From assembly GCA_043816785.1 (NCBI GenBank), contig JBDRHP010000010.1, positions 1-16,134 of the forward strand: a DNA stretch of 16,134 nt, written 5' to 3'. The notes under the pieces were generated by a model, which searched no databases, was not told the origin of the DNA, and saw nothing but the letters and a program-made list of their open reading frames with translations. Position numbers and translations under genes: made by a program. This stretch comes from Candidatus Margulisiibacteriota bacterium (GTDB lineage: Bacteria > Margulisbacteria > WOR-1 > O2-12-FULL-45-9). Shown in pieces: positions 7,597 to 14,591 of this stretch; position 1 is the stretch's first letter, and each line of letters opens with the position of its first letter.

Positions 7597-9516
7597 TTAC
7601 TCTTTGTCTTTTGCTTTCTCTTTGTTGTCTTTTAATTCAGCTTCGGCGTCTACTGTTTTTCCTTGAGGCTCGTTAGCTCCGGCAGCGGGTTCCTGTCCTG
7701 GTGGTGGGGCGGCTTGTTTGTAGATCTTTTCCGAAATGCTGTAGATCTCTTGCTGCAAGGCTTCGGTCGCTTTCTTTATTGCTTCGAGATCTTTGCCTTC
7801 CAGGGTTTTTCTTACCTCAGCAATGGCTTTTTCGGCCTTTTCCTTGTCAGCAGCCTCGACCTTATCGCCGGCATCTTTGATGGTTTTTTCCGCGGTATAG
7901 GCCAGGCCGTCAGCCTGGTTCCTGGCATCAACTTCTTCTTTGCGTTTGCTGTCTTCTGTGGCGTGAGCTTCTGCTTCTTTTCTCATTTTTTCGATCTCAC
8001 TTTTAGACAGACCAGAAGAAGCTGTGATCGTGATCTTTTGTTCTTTGCCAGTGCCTTTATCTTTGGCAGAGACATTTAAAATGCCGTTGGCATCAATGTC
8101 AAAAGTAACCTCAATCTGGGGGATGCCTCTGGGCGCTGGGGGAATACCATCAAGGTGAAACCGGCCCAGCGAGCGGTTATCAGCGGCCATGGGGCGCTCA
8201 CCCTGTAATACGTGGACCTCGACAGATGGCTGTCCATCGGCCGCAGTAGAAAAAACCTGGCTTTTACCTAAAGGAATGGTAGTGTTCCTTTCGATCAATG
8301 GGGTCATTACACTGCCCAGGGTTTCAATGCCCAGGGTGAGGGGGGTAACATCAAGCAGGACCATGTCCTTGGACGTTTCCCCTGACATTATTCCGCCTTG
8401 GATAGCTGCGCCAAGGGCAACAACTTCGTCAGGATTAACGCCTTTATGCGGTTCTTTGCCAAAGAACTTTTTAACTGTTTCCTGGACCTTGGGCATACGG
8501 GTCTGTCCGCCGACTATAATAACTTCATCAATTTGCTTTGCCTCAAGTCCCGCATCAGCCAGAGCTTGTTTGCAGGGGCCGAGCGTTTTTTCAATAAGAT
8601 CGCTGGTTAATTGTTCCAGTTTAGCGCGGGAAAGTTTCACCACCAGATGTTTTGGCCCATTTTGGTCAGCGGTGATAAAAGGCAGGTTGATCTCGGTTTC
8701 AGAGACAGTTGAAAGTTCGCACTTAGCTTTTTCCGCGGCTTCTTTTAGGCGCTGCGAAGCCAGGCGGTCATTTAACAGGTCAACGCCCTGATCTTTTTTG
8801 AATTCATCAGCCAGCCAGTGGATGATCTTTTGGTCAAAATCATCTCCGCCCAGGTGAGTATCGCCGTTAGTGGCCAGGACCTCAATGGAATTGGCCATGA
8901 TGTCAAGGATCGAAACATCAAAAGTTCCTCCACCCAGGTCGAAAACCGCGACTTTTTCCTCTTTCTTTTTCTCAATACCATAAGCTAGAGAAGCAGCTGT
9001 TGGTTCATTAATAATACGCATTACTTCCAGGCTGGCGATGGCCCCGGCATCTTTAGTTGCCTGTCTTTGGCTGTCGTTAAAATAAGCCGGGACAGTGATG
9101 ACCGCTTTTTTAACTGGTTCACCCAGGTATTCTTCTGCTGATTGCTTCATTTTCTGCAGCACAATAGCGGAGATCTCCTGAGGCGTGTAAGTTTTATCAT
9201 CGATCTTAATGCGGGCCTCACCTTTACCGCCTTCAATTACGTGAAAGGGCACGTATTTTAATTCCTGCTGGCATTCATTGAACCTGCGGCCGATAAAGCG
9301 TTTGGAGGAGAAGACGGTGTGTTCCGGGTTGGTTACAGATTGCCTTTTAGCTACCTGGCCAACGGTGCGGCTGCCGTCCTTTTGAAAAGAAACGACCGAT
9401 GGGGTGGTCCTGCCTCCTTCTGAATTTGGGATAACCGTTGGTTCGCCTCCCATCATTACTGCCACACAGCTGTTCGTTGTTCCTAGATCGATCCCGATTA
9501 TTTTTTCTTGAGCCAT
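7597..9516 (-). CDS. dnaK: Chaperone DnaK (Hsp70)
   Basis: [48 protein letters not shown] at 9525-9532. Confidence 0.99.
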   Translation of the reverse strand: MAQEKIIGIDLGTTNSCVAVMMGGEPTVIPNSEGGRTTPSVVSFQKDGSRTVGQVAKRQSVTNPEHTVFSSKRFIGRRFNECQQELKYVPFHVIEGGKGEARIKIDDKTYTPQEISAIVLQKMKQSAEEYLGEPVKKAVITVPAYFNDSQRQATKDAGAIASLEVMRIINEPTAASLAYGIEKKKEEKVAVFDLGGGTFDVSILDIMANSIEVLATNGDTHLGGDDFDQKIIHWLADEFKKDQGVDLLNDRLASQRLKEAAEKAKCELSTVSETEINLPFITADQNGPKHLVVKLSRAKLEQLTSDLIEKTLGPCKQALADAGLEAKQIDEVIIVGGQTRMPKVQETVKKFFGKEPHKGVNPDEVVALGAAIQGGIMSGETSKDMVLLDVTPLTLGIETLGSVMTPLIERNTTIPLGKSQVFSTAADGQPSVEVHVLQGERPMAADNRSLGRFHLDGIPPAPRGIPQIEVTFDIDANGILNVSAKDKGTGKEQKITITASSGLSKSEIEKMRKEAEAHATEDSKRKEEVDARNQADGLAYTAEKTIKDAGDKVEAADKEKAEKAIAEVRKTLEGKDLEAIKKATEALQQEIYSISEKIYKQAAPPPGQEPAAGANEPQGKTVDAEAELKDNKEKAKDKE

Positions 9517-9540
9517 TTTTGTTGACCTCCTTAGTCTTCT

Positions 9541-9666
9541 TGTTTATGGTTTTCGGTATCGGCATGGTGTTTTGTTGTGTTTTTGGTTTGGGTGTTGTGC
9601 TTGGTAACTACAACAACACCTAAAACAACACCAAGACATTACCGATACCAATACCTATACCAAAAC
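9541..9666. repeat. Opposed hexamer-like repeat arrays forming a long imperfect hairpin in the grpE-dnaK intergenic region
   Basis: G/T-rich arm (about 9541-9605) followed by an A/C-rich arm (about 9606-9666), e.g. GGTATCGG versus CCGATACC and GGTGTT versus AACACC. Confidence 0.7.
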
Positions 9667-10182
9667 CTACTTTTTCTTACTAACTATGACCATTGATGGT
9701 CGAATTACTCTTCCATGAAGAGTATAGCCCTTCTGGGCTTCTTCGATGATCATACCTTCTGGCCTGTCATGCTCTTTTTGCATGATAGCTTCATGAAGAT
9801 TAGGATCGTAAGGCTTGTTCAAAGCTTCGATCTCTTCTAACCCATGTTTTTTTAAGACATCCTCAAGCTGTTTTTTGATCAAAGCCAGGCCTTTCATCAT
9901 TTCTTCGCCAGCCTGGACCTTTTTTGCCGCGTCCATAGCCCGGCTAAAACCGTCAACAATTGGCAGGACTTCTGCGATCAGGCTTTCGTTGGCAAATTGG
10001 ACAAATTGTTCCTTGTCCAGGGCCATGCGTTTTTTATAGTTGTCAAAATCTGCCAGTGAGCGAAGGTATTTGTCCTTAAGAATCTCGGCCTCGCTTCTTT
10101 CCTGCCTGCCGGCAGGCAGGTCCGGCGGCAGCTCTTGCTTTACTGCCTCGAGCTCTTCGTGTGGCTTTTTTTTAGCGGTCAT
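9667..10182 (-). CDS. grpE: Nucleotide exchange factor GrpE
   Basis: LRSLADFDNYKKR, YDPNLHEA, KGYTLHGRVIRPSMVIV. Start overlaps the hrcA stop (TGATG). Confidence 0.97.
   Translation of the reverse strand: MTAKKKPHEELEAVKQELPPDLPAGRQERSEAEILKDKYLRSLADFDNYKKRMALDKEQFVQFANESLIAEVLPIVDGFSRAMDAAKKVQAGEEMMKGLALIKKQLEDVLKKHGLEEIEALNKPYDPNLHEAIMQKEHDRPEGMIIEEAQKGYTLHGRVIRPSMVIVSKKK
10101..10120. repeat. Perfect 20-bp palindrome inside grpE
   Basis: CCTGCCTGCCGGCAGGCAGG is its own reverse complement and is translated as LPAGRQ. Confidence 0.85.
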
Positions 10183-10929
10183 CAGAAACCTCCTGACAGG
10201 ACCCGCGACAGTTCTTTGGCCACATAATCGATCAAAGACGCTGCTTTGCTGTAATACATGCGAGTAGGGCCAATAAGGCTGATCTCGCCCACTGGTTCGT
10301 TATTTACCTCATAGGAAGTAACCATTACACTGCAGTCTTTGACTGGTTTATATTTGTTCTCGGAGCCGATCTTGATAATAATTTCTTCAGGGTTGGTATA
10401 CTCTTGCATGATCTCGAATAGCATTTCCTCTTCTTCCAGCAATTCCAGGATCTTTTCCATTTGAGCCAGGTTGCGGAATTCAGGCTGGTGCAGGAGAGAG
10501 GAAGTCCCAGCCGAGAAAACCCGGCGGTGCGAGCCGTGGTTAACTACTATGGCAGTGTAATCCAGGGTGTGTGAGAGGAGCTTGGCTGTTTGATGCAGGA
10601 CTTCATCCAGGTTCTGATTGATCTTACTGTAGGTGTTTTTTTACTATTTCTTCTTCACGCTGGGAGGGCTGCATAGCCTTCATCAAACGGTCAACGTAAA
10701 AACGATAGCCGCGATCAGTTGGGATGCGGCCGGCAGAAGTGTGGGGTTGGGTAATAAAGCCTTCCTCTTCCAGGTCAGCCATCTCATTTCTGATCGTGGC
10801 CGGTGAAAGATCCGGTAAATATCTTCTGGAAAGGTTGCGCGAACCAACCGGCTCAGCGCTATGCTGGTAATCGTGAACGATCGCGTTCAGTATCTTTTGT
10901 TTTCTTTCGTTAAGTTCGTGTTTGATCAT
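10182..10929 (-). pseudogene. hrcA: Heat-inducible repressor HrcA, split by a +1 frameshift in an A7 run (pseudogene, slippage site or sequence error)
   Basis: N-terminal part has [39 protein letters not shown]. Removing one A at 10636-10642 fuses it via [32 protein letters not shown]...LLHQPEFRN to the C-terminal part (IKIGSEN..CSVM..IGPTRMYY), giving 248 aa. Confidence 0.9.
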
Positions 10930-10933
10930 TGAA

Positions 10934-10960
10934 TTAGCACTCTAACCTTTTGAGTGCTAA
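10934..10960. promoter_or_regulatory. CIRCE operator (HrcA binding site)
   Basis: TTAGCACTC-taacctttt-GAGTGCTAA, an exact consensus with a 9-nt spacer, 4 nt from the hrcA start codon. Confidence 0.98.
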
Positions 10961-10989
10961 TGATAACATTGTTAATAGGGAGCTGTCAA
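10960..10989 (-). promoter_or_regulatory. Sigma70-type promoter of the hrcA-grpE-dnaK-dnaJ-rsmE operon
   Basis: Minus strand TTGACA (10989-10984), 18 nt spacer, TGt-TATCAT (-10 at 10965-10960), abutting CIRCE. Confidence 0.8.
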
Positions 10990-10992
10990 TAG

Positions 10993-12135
10993 TTAGACAA
11001 ATTGTTCAAATACCTCGTTAGCCAGATAAAGGCCTTTGCGGGTCAGCTTCACATGCGAGTTTTCTCTCATTAGTAAGTTGTTTTCGATCAGTTCGGAGAG
11101 TTGTTTTTCAAAACCATTGAAGTTGTCTGCTGGGATGCCGTCTAGGAGGCGCAAACCCATGAAGATAGTTTCGGACTGTGACGGAACCTGCGACTGAACG
11201 TCGCGGTTCCTTGAGTTTATATTAATCTTATTGGAGCCGAGACGTTTAGTCTCAGGATCCAATGAGATGTATGCTTCCACAGATTCAGAATTAGCCCATC
11301 TTTTTCCCGCAACATGCGAATGCGCGCCGGCGCCGAGGCCAAGATAGTTTTCGTTTTTCCAGTAAACAATATTATGCTGGCATTCCCGGCCAGGTTTGGC
11401 AAAATTTGATATTTCATAATGTTTAAACCCCGAGGCTGTTAATGTTTCGATTGTGTGTTCATACATCTTTAGTTCGATCTCATCATCCAGGCTTTTATAT
11501 TTTTTAGCAAACAAGGTTCCTTCTTCAATCTGGAGATTATAGGTGGAGAGATGATCCGGTTCCATTGAGATCGCGATTTTGAGGTCGTTTTGCCATTCGG
11601 CTAAGGTTTGGTTAGGCAGGGCAAAGATCAAGTCTAAATTTATATTTTCAAACCCTGCAGATCGGGCATCATCGTAGAATTTTAAAATTTGCTTTGAGTC
11701 ATGAATGCGGCCCAGGGTTTTTAGATGATCATCATTGAATGATTGTGCCCCGATGGAAAGGCGATTGATTCCGAGTTCGCGGAGAGCCTTTAATTTAGCT
11801 TTATCAGCGGTGCCGGGGTTGGCCTCGAGGGAGATTTCTGAATGACTAATGACTAATGACGAATGACTAATGATGGTAGATATTATTTTATCGAAATGCT
11901 TCGGAGAAAGCAGAGTGGGAGTTCCACCGCCAAAGTAGATTGTTTTTAAACCCTCTCCCTCTGGGAGAGGGAGGTGACCTGAATGCAGGCGGGTGAGGGC
12001 ACGAATTTCCTTTATCAACGCTTCCACATAATCATCGATCAGTGATTCTTTGCCTGCATACGAGACAAAATCACAATAATTGCATTTCTTTTTGCAGAAG
12101 GGGAGGTGGATGTATAGCGACTTTACTTCACTCAT
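10993..12135 (-). CDS. hemW: Radical SAM heme chaperone HemW (HemN-like)
   Basis: YIHLPFCKKKCNYCDF (CxxxCxxC), YFGGGTP, YEISNFA, HNIVYW. Typical position between lepA and hrcA. Confidence 0.93.
   Translation of the reverse strand: MSEVKSLYIHLPFCKKKCNYCDFVSYAGKESLIDDYVEALIKEIRALTRLHSGHLPLPEGEGLKTIYFGGGTPTLLSPKHFDKIISTIISHSSLVISHSEISLEANPGTADKAKLKALRELGINRLSIGAQSFNDDHLKTLGRIHDSKQILKFYDDARSAGFENINLDLIFALPNQTLAEWQNDLKIAISMEPDHLSTYNLQIEEGTLFAKKYKSLDDEIELKMYEHTIETLTASGFKHYEISNFAKPGRECQHNIVYWKNENYLGLGAGAHSHVAGKRWANSESVEAYISLDPETKRLGSNKININSRNRDVQSQVPSQSETIFMGLRLLDGIPADNFNGFEKQLSELIENNLLMRENSHVKLTRKGLYLANEVFEQFV
11183..11260. repeat. Inverted doublet of 28-nt REP-like palindromes (11183-11210 and 11233-11260) inside hemW
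   Basis: GGAACC-T-GCGAC-TGAAC-GTCGC-GGTTCC, a 22-nt A/T-rich spacer, then GGAGCC-GAGAC-GTTTA-GTCTC-A-GGATCC. Total 78 nt, in frame. Confidence 0.9.
11841..11873. repeat. Heptamer tandem repeat (AATGACT)n inside hemW
   Basis: AATGACT, AATGACT, AATGACG, AATGACT, AATGA. Translated as IISHSSLVISHS. Confidence 0.85.
11951..12000. repeat. CCCTCACCC...CCCTCTCCC-N3-GGGAGAGGG type palindromic repeat inside hemW
   Basis: Perfect 9-bp stem CCCTCTCCC-tct-GGGAGAGGG (11951-11971) plus GGGTGAGGG (11991-11999). Translated as ALTRLHSGHLPLPEGEG. Confidence 0.8.
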
Positions 12136-13913
12136 TAGCCCAGACGGAGGACTGCCAGAAAAGCTTCCTGCGGAATATCAACGCGGCCAACGCGCTTCAT
12201 GCGTTTTTTTCCTTCTTTTTGCTTCTCCAGAAGTTTGCGTTTGCGGGTTATGTCACCGCCATAACATTTAGCCAGCACGTTCTTTTTGATCGCTGGGATG
12301 TTCTCCCGGGCAATGATCTTGGCGCCGATCGAGGCTTGGATAGGAATGACGAACTGGTGGCGCGGGATCAGCTCTTTTAGTTTCTCGGTCAGTCGTTTGC
12401 CCCGTGGAAAGGCATGATCGCGATGCACGATCGTTGATAGGGCATCAACTGGTTCCTGATTCAACAAAATATCCATTTTGACCAGATTGGACACGCGATA
12501 ACCGATCACTTCGTAATCCATTGAGGCGTAGCCACGGGTCACTGATTTTAGCAGATCATGGTATTCTGAGATCACTTCAGACAATGGTATTTCAAACGTC
12601 ATCATCACCCTTTTTGGGTCAAGGTATTCCAGGTTGATGAATGAGCCGCGTTTTTCCGTGGTAATTGTCATGACCGAACCGACAAACTCAGCCGGAGAGA
12701 AAATGGTCAGCTTTAAATAGGGTTCTTCAATGGACTCGATCTCCGCGGCTGGCGGCATTTGATTGGGATTGTCTACCATGACCGACTTTTTGTTGTTTTT
12801 GTTTACTTTATAGATTACGTTGGGTGCGGTGGCGATAATCTTTAAGCCGAATTCCCTTTCCAGTCTTTCCTGGACGATCTCCAGATGAAGCAATCCCAGG
12901 AAACCGCAGCGCAGGCCAAAGCCCAGGGCGGTGGATGTCTCTGGTTCATAGCTTAGGGCGGCGTCATTCAACTGTAATTTACTGACTGCGTCTTTTAAAT
13001 TCTCATAGTCTTCTCCAGCTAAGGGGTAGAAGCCGCAAAAGACCATTGACTTGATCGGTTTATAGCCGGGCAACGGGCTTTTAGCGCGGTTTTTAGCGTC
13101 AGTTACTGTATCGCCCACGCGGCAGTCTTTGACTTCTTTAATATTGCCAACCAGATAGCCAACTTCGCCAACTGCCAGCGATTCCCTGGGCTGCAGGCCA
13201 AGCTTCAGAGTTCCTACTTCCTGGACTTCAAAAGTTTTTTTGCCGCCCATCAAATGGATCTGCTGGCCGGTCTTGATCTCTCCGTTCATTACCCGGATAT
13301 AGGCGATCACTCCGCGAAAAGCGTCATAGTGAGAATCAAAGATCAAGGCTTGCAGCGGGGCAGACTTTTTGCCCAGGGGGTGAGGGACCCTTTTAATGAT
13401 GGCTTCCAGGATTTCCAATACGCCAGTCCCGTCTTTGGCTGAAGCCAGGATAATGTCTTTTTCCTCGATGCCCATGACGTTATTTAATTCTTCGGCGATC
13501 CTTTCCGGCTCTGCCGCTGGCAGATCGACCTTGTTAATTATCGGGATAATGACCAGGTCATGTTGTTTGGCCAGGTAAGCGTTGGCCAGGGTCTGAGCCT
13601 CGATGCCCTGGGTTGCGTCAACCAATAAAAGAGCGCCTTCGCAGGCGGCCAGCGAACGGGAGACTTCATAGCTGAAATCAACGTGGCCCGGGGTGTCGAT
13701 CAGGTTAAGAATATGATCTTTGTATTGCATGCGAATGGCCTGGGCTTTAATCGTTATGCCGCGTTCCCGTTCCAGGTCCATGGTGTCAAGGACCTGCTCC
13801 CGCATGGCCTTTTTTTCAATGGTATGAGTAAACTCCAGCAGGCGGTCAGCCAGGGTTGATTTGCCGTGGTCTATATGGGCGATAATCGAGAAGTTTCTGA
13901 TCTGGGAAAGCAT
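12135..13913 (-). CDS. lepA: Elongation factor 4 (LepA)
   Basis: [59 protein letters not shown]. Stop overlaps the hemW start (TAATG). Confidence 0.99.
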   Translation of the reverse strand: MLSQIRNFSIIAHIDHGKSTLADRLLEFTHTIEKKAMREQVLDTMDLERERGITIKAQAIRMQYKDHILNLIDTPGHVDFSYEVSRSLAACEGALLLVDATQGIEAQTLANAYLAKQHDLVIIPIINKVDLPAAEPERIAEELNNVMGIEEKDIILASAKDGTGVLEILEAIIKRVPHPLGKKSAPLQALIFDSHYDAFRGVIAYIRVMNGEIKTGQQIHLMGGKKTFEVQEVGTLKLGLQPRESLAVGEVGYLVGNIKEVKDCRVGDTVTDAKNRAKSPLPGYKPIKSMVFCGFYPLAGEDYENLKDAVSKLQLNDAALSYEPETSTALGFGLRCGFLGLLHLEIVQERLEREFGLKIIATAPNVIYKVNKNNKKSVMVDNPNQMPPAAEIESIEEPYLKLTIFSPAEFVGSVMTITTEKRGSFINLEYLDPKRVMMTFEIPLSEVISEYHDLLKSVTRGYASMDYEVIGYRVSNLVKMDILLNQEPVDALSTIVHRDHAFPRGKRLTEKLKELIPRHQFVIPIQASIGAKIIARENIPAIKKNVLAKCYGGDITRKRKLLEKQKEGKKRMKRVGRVDIPQEAFLAVLRLG

Positions 13914-13921
13914 GGTATATT

Positions 13922-13949
13922 GAAGCCTGCGACTAAACGTCGCGGCTTC
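13922..13949. repeat. REP-like palindrome containing the tnpA stop codon
   Basis: GAAGCC-T-GCGAC-TAAAC-GTCGC-GGCTTC. Confidence 0.9.
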
Positions 13950-14427
13950 CGATTCTCCTTTTTTGGAAGCCTGCGACTAAACCCTTCGGCAAGCTCAGGG
14001 CAGCACCGAGCGAAGTCGAGGTGCGTCGCGGCTTCCAAATCGGCTTAATTCTTTTGTCGATTCCGTTAACCTTTTGTCCCTCTATATAAGCAATAATATG
14101 TCTGAGATGCTGTTCTCCCATGATTTCCTCGGCTCGGTAGCCTCTCCCCCATAATTTTCTGAATTCCAAACGGTTGCTTGGATTTTTCTTAAAGAATTGG
14201 CGAGAGCTTATCCCTTTTATCATCTTCATTACGTATTCATTGCTGTCGCTTGCTTTTTTCTCTACTAGTAAGTGAACGTGCTCAACGAGGATGTTTTGAC
14301 AAATTAGTCTTAATTCTTTTTCCCTGCAGATATCTATAAAAATAATCGCCAACTCTTTAACAATATTGCCATTTAATATCTTTTTTCTTTTATAAGTGCT
14401 AAATGTGTAGTGAAATGTTTTATACAT
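13933..14427 (-). CDS. tnpA: IS200/IS605-family Y1 (HUH) transposase TnpA / REP-associated tyrosine transposase
   Basis: [17 protein letters not shown] motif EHVHLLV, IKGISSR, LWGRGY, catalytic-Tyr helix YIEGQ. The C-terminal tail (about 35 aa) is translated repeat DNA. Confidence 0.9.
   Translation of the reverse strand: MYKTFHYTFSTYKRKKILNGNIVKELAIIFIDICREKELRLICQNILVEHVHLLVEKKASDSNEYVMKMIKGISSRQFFKKNPSNRLEFRKLWGRGYRAEEIMGEQHLRHIIAYIEGQKVNGIDKRIKPIWKPRRTSTSLGAALSLPKGLVAGFQKRRIGSRDV
13965..14036. repeat. REP-like palindrome interrupted in its loop by a 42-nt insertion of a second repeat family
   Basis: GGAAGCC-T-GCGAC-TAAA[42 nt]C-GTCGC-GGCTTCC. The insert is CCCTTCGGCAAGCTCAGGG-cag-CACCGAGCGAAGTCGAGGTG. 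Confidence 0.85.
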
Positions 14428-14482
14428 GTTTTCTATTGTTCACGACAAAGATTAAAAGTCTTAGTGTTGTTTTAGTATGCGA

Positions 14483-14520
14483 TTCTGGAAACCGCGAAGT
14501 TCATTCGCAGGTTTCCAGAA
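14483..14520. repeat. REP-like palindrome upstream of tnpA, inverted relative to the downstream copies
   Basis: TTCTGGAAACC-GCGAA-GTTCA-TTCGC-A-GGTTTCCAGAA. Confidence 0.9.
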
Positions 14521-14535
14521 CCAAGCATGGATTTT

Positions 14536-14544
14536 ATTCTATCA
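14536..14544 (-). promoter_or_regulatory. Extended -10 promoter facing tnpA-lepA (candidate ancestral leaderless lepA promoter)
   Basis: Minus strand reads TGA-TAGAAT-aaaatcc-ATGCTT. Confidence 0.55.
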
Positions 14545-14553
14545 TAATTACTG

Positions 14554-14582
14554 TTGACATTGAAATCATTAAGAGGCATAAT
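14554..14582 (+). promoter_or_regulatory. Sigma70 promoter for the SLH/beta-barrel gene
   Basis: TTGACA (14554-14559), 17 nt spacer, CATAAT (14577-14582). ATG follows 9 nt later with no SD. Confidence 0.75.
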
Positions 14583-14591
14583 ATTTTACGA

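Larger units (their letters stand above)
13916..14522 (-). mobile_element. Y1-transposase/REP unit (RAYT-like or IS200-like) inserted at the lepA start
   Basis: tnpA flanked by related palindromes 6-7 nt inside each boundary. Bracketed by the direct repeat AAGCATGG (13908-13915 and 14523-14530). Visibly more AT-rich than the neighbouring genes. Confidence 0.7.

Noticed and set aside
9347..9623. Small ORFs 9347-9565 (-) and 9438-9623 (+) as leader or membrane peptides
   Set aside because: Both overlap the dnaK 5' end, and their biased composition is simply the translation of the low-complexity repeat arms.
10182..10460. 92-aa ORF as an independent gene
   Set aside because: It is the C-terminal part of hrcA. 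Homology continues upstream of its Met in the same frame up to the A7 run.
13916..14522. IS605-type element with TnpB/omega RNA
   Set aside because: There is no room for, or trace of, a tnpB/RuvC ORF on either side of tnpA.
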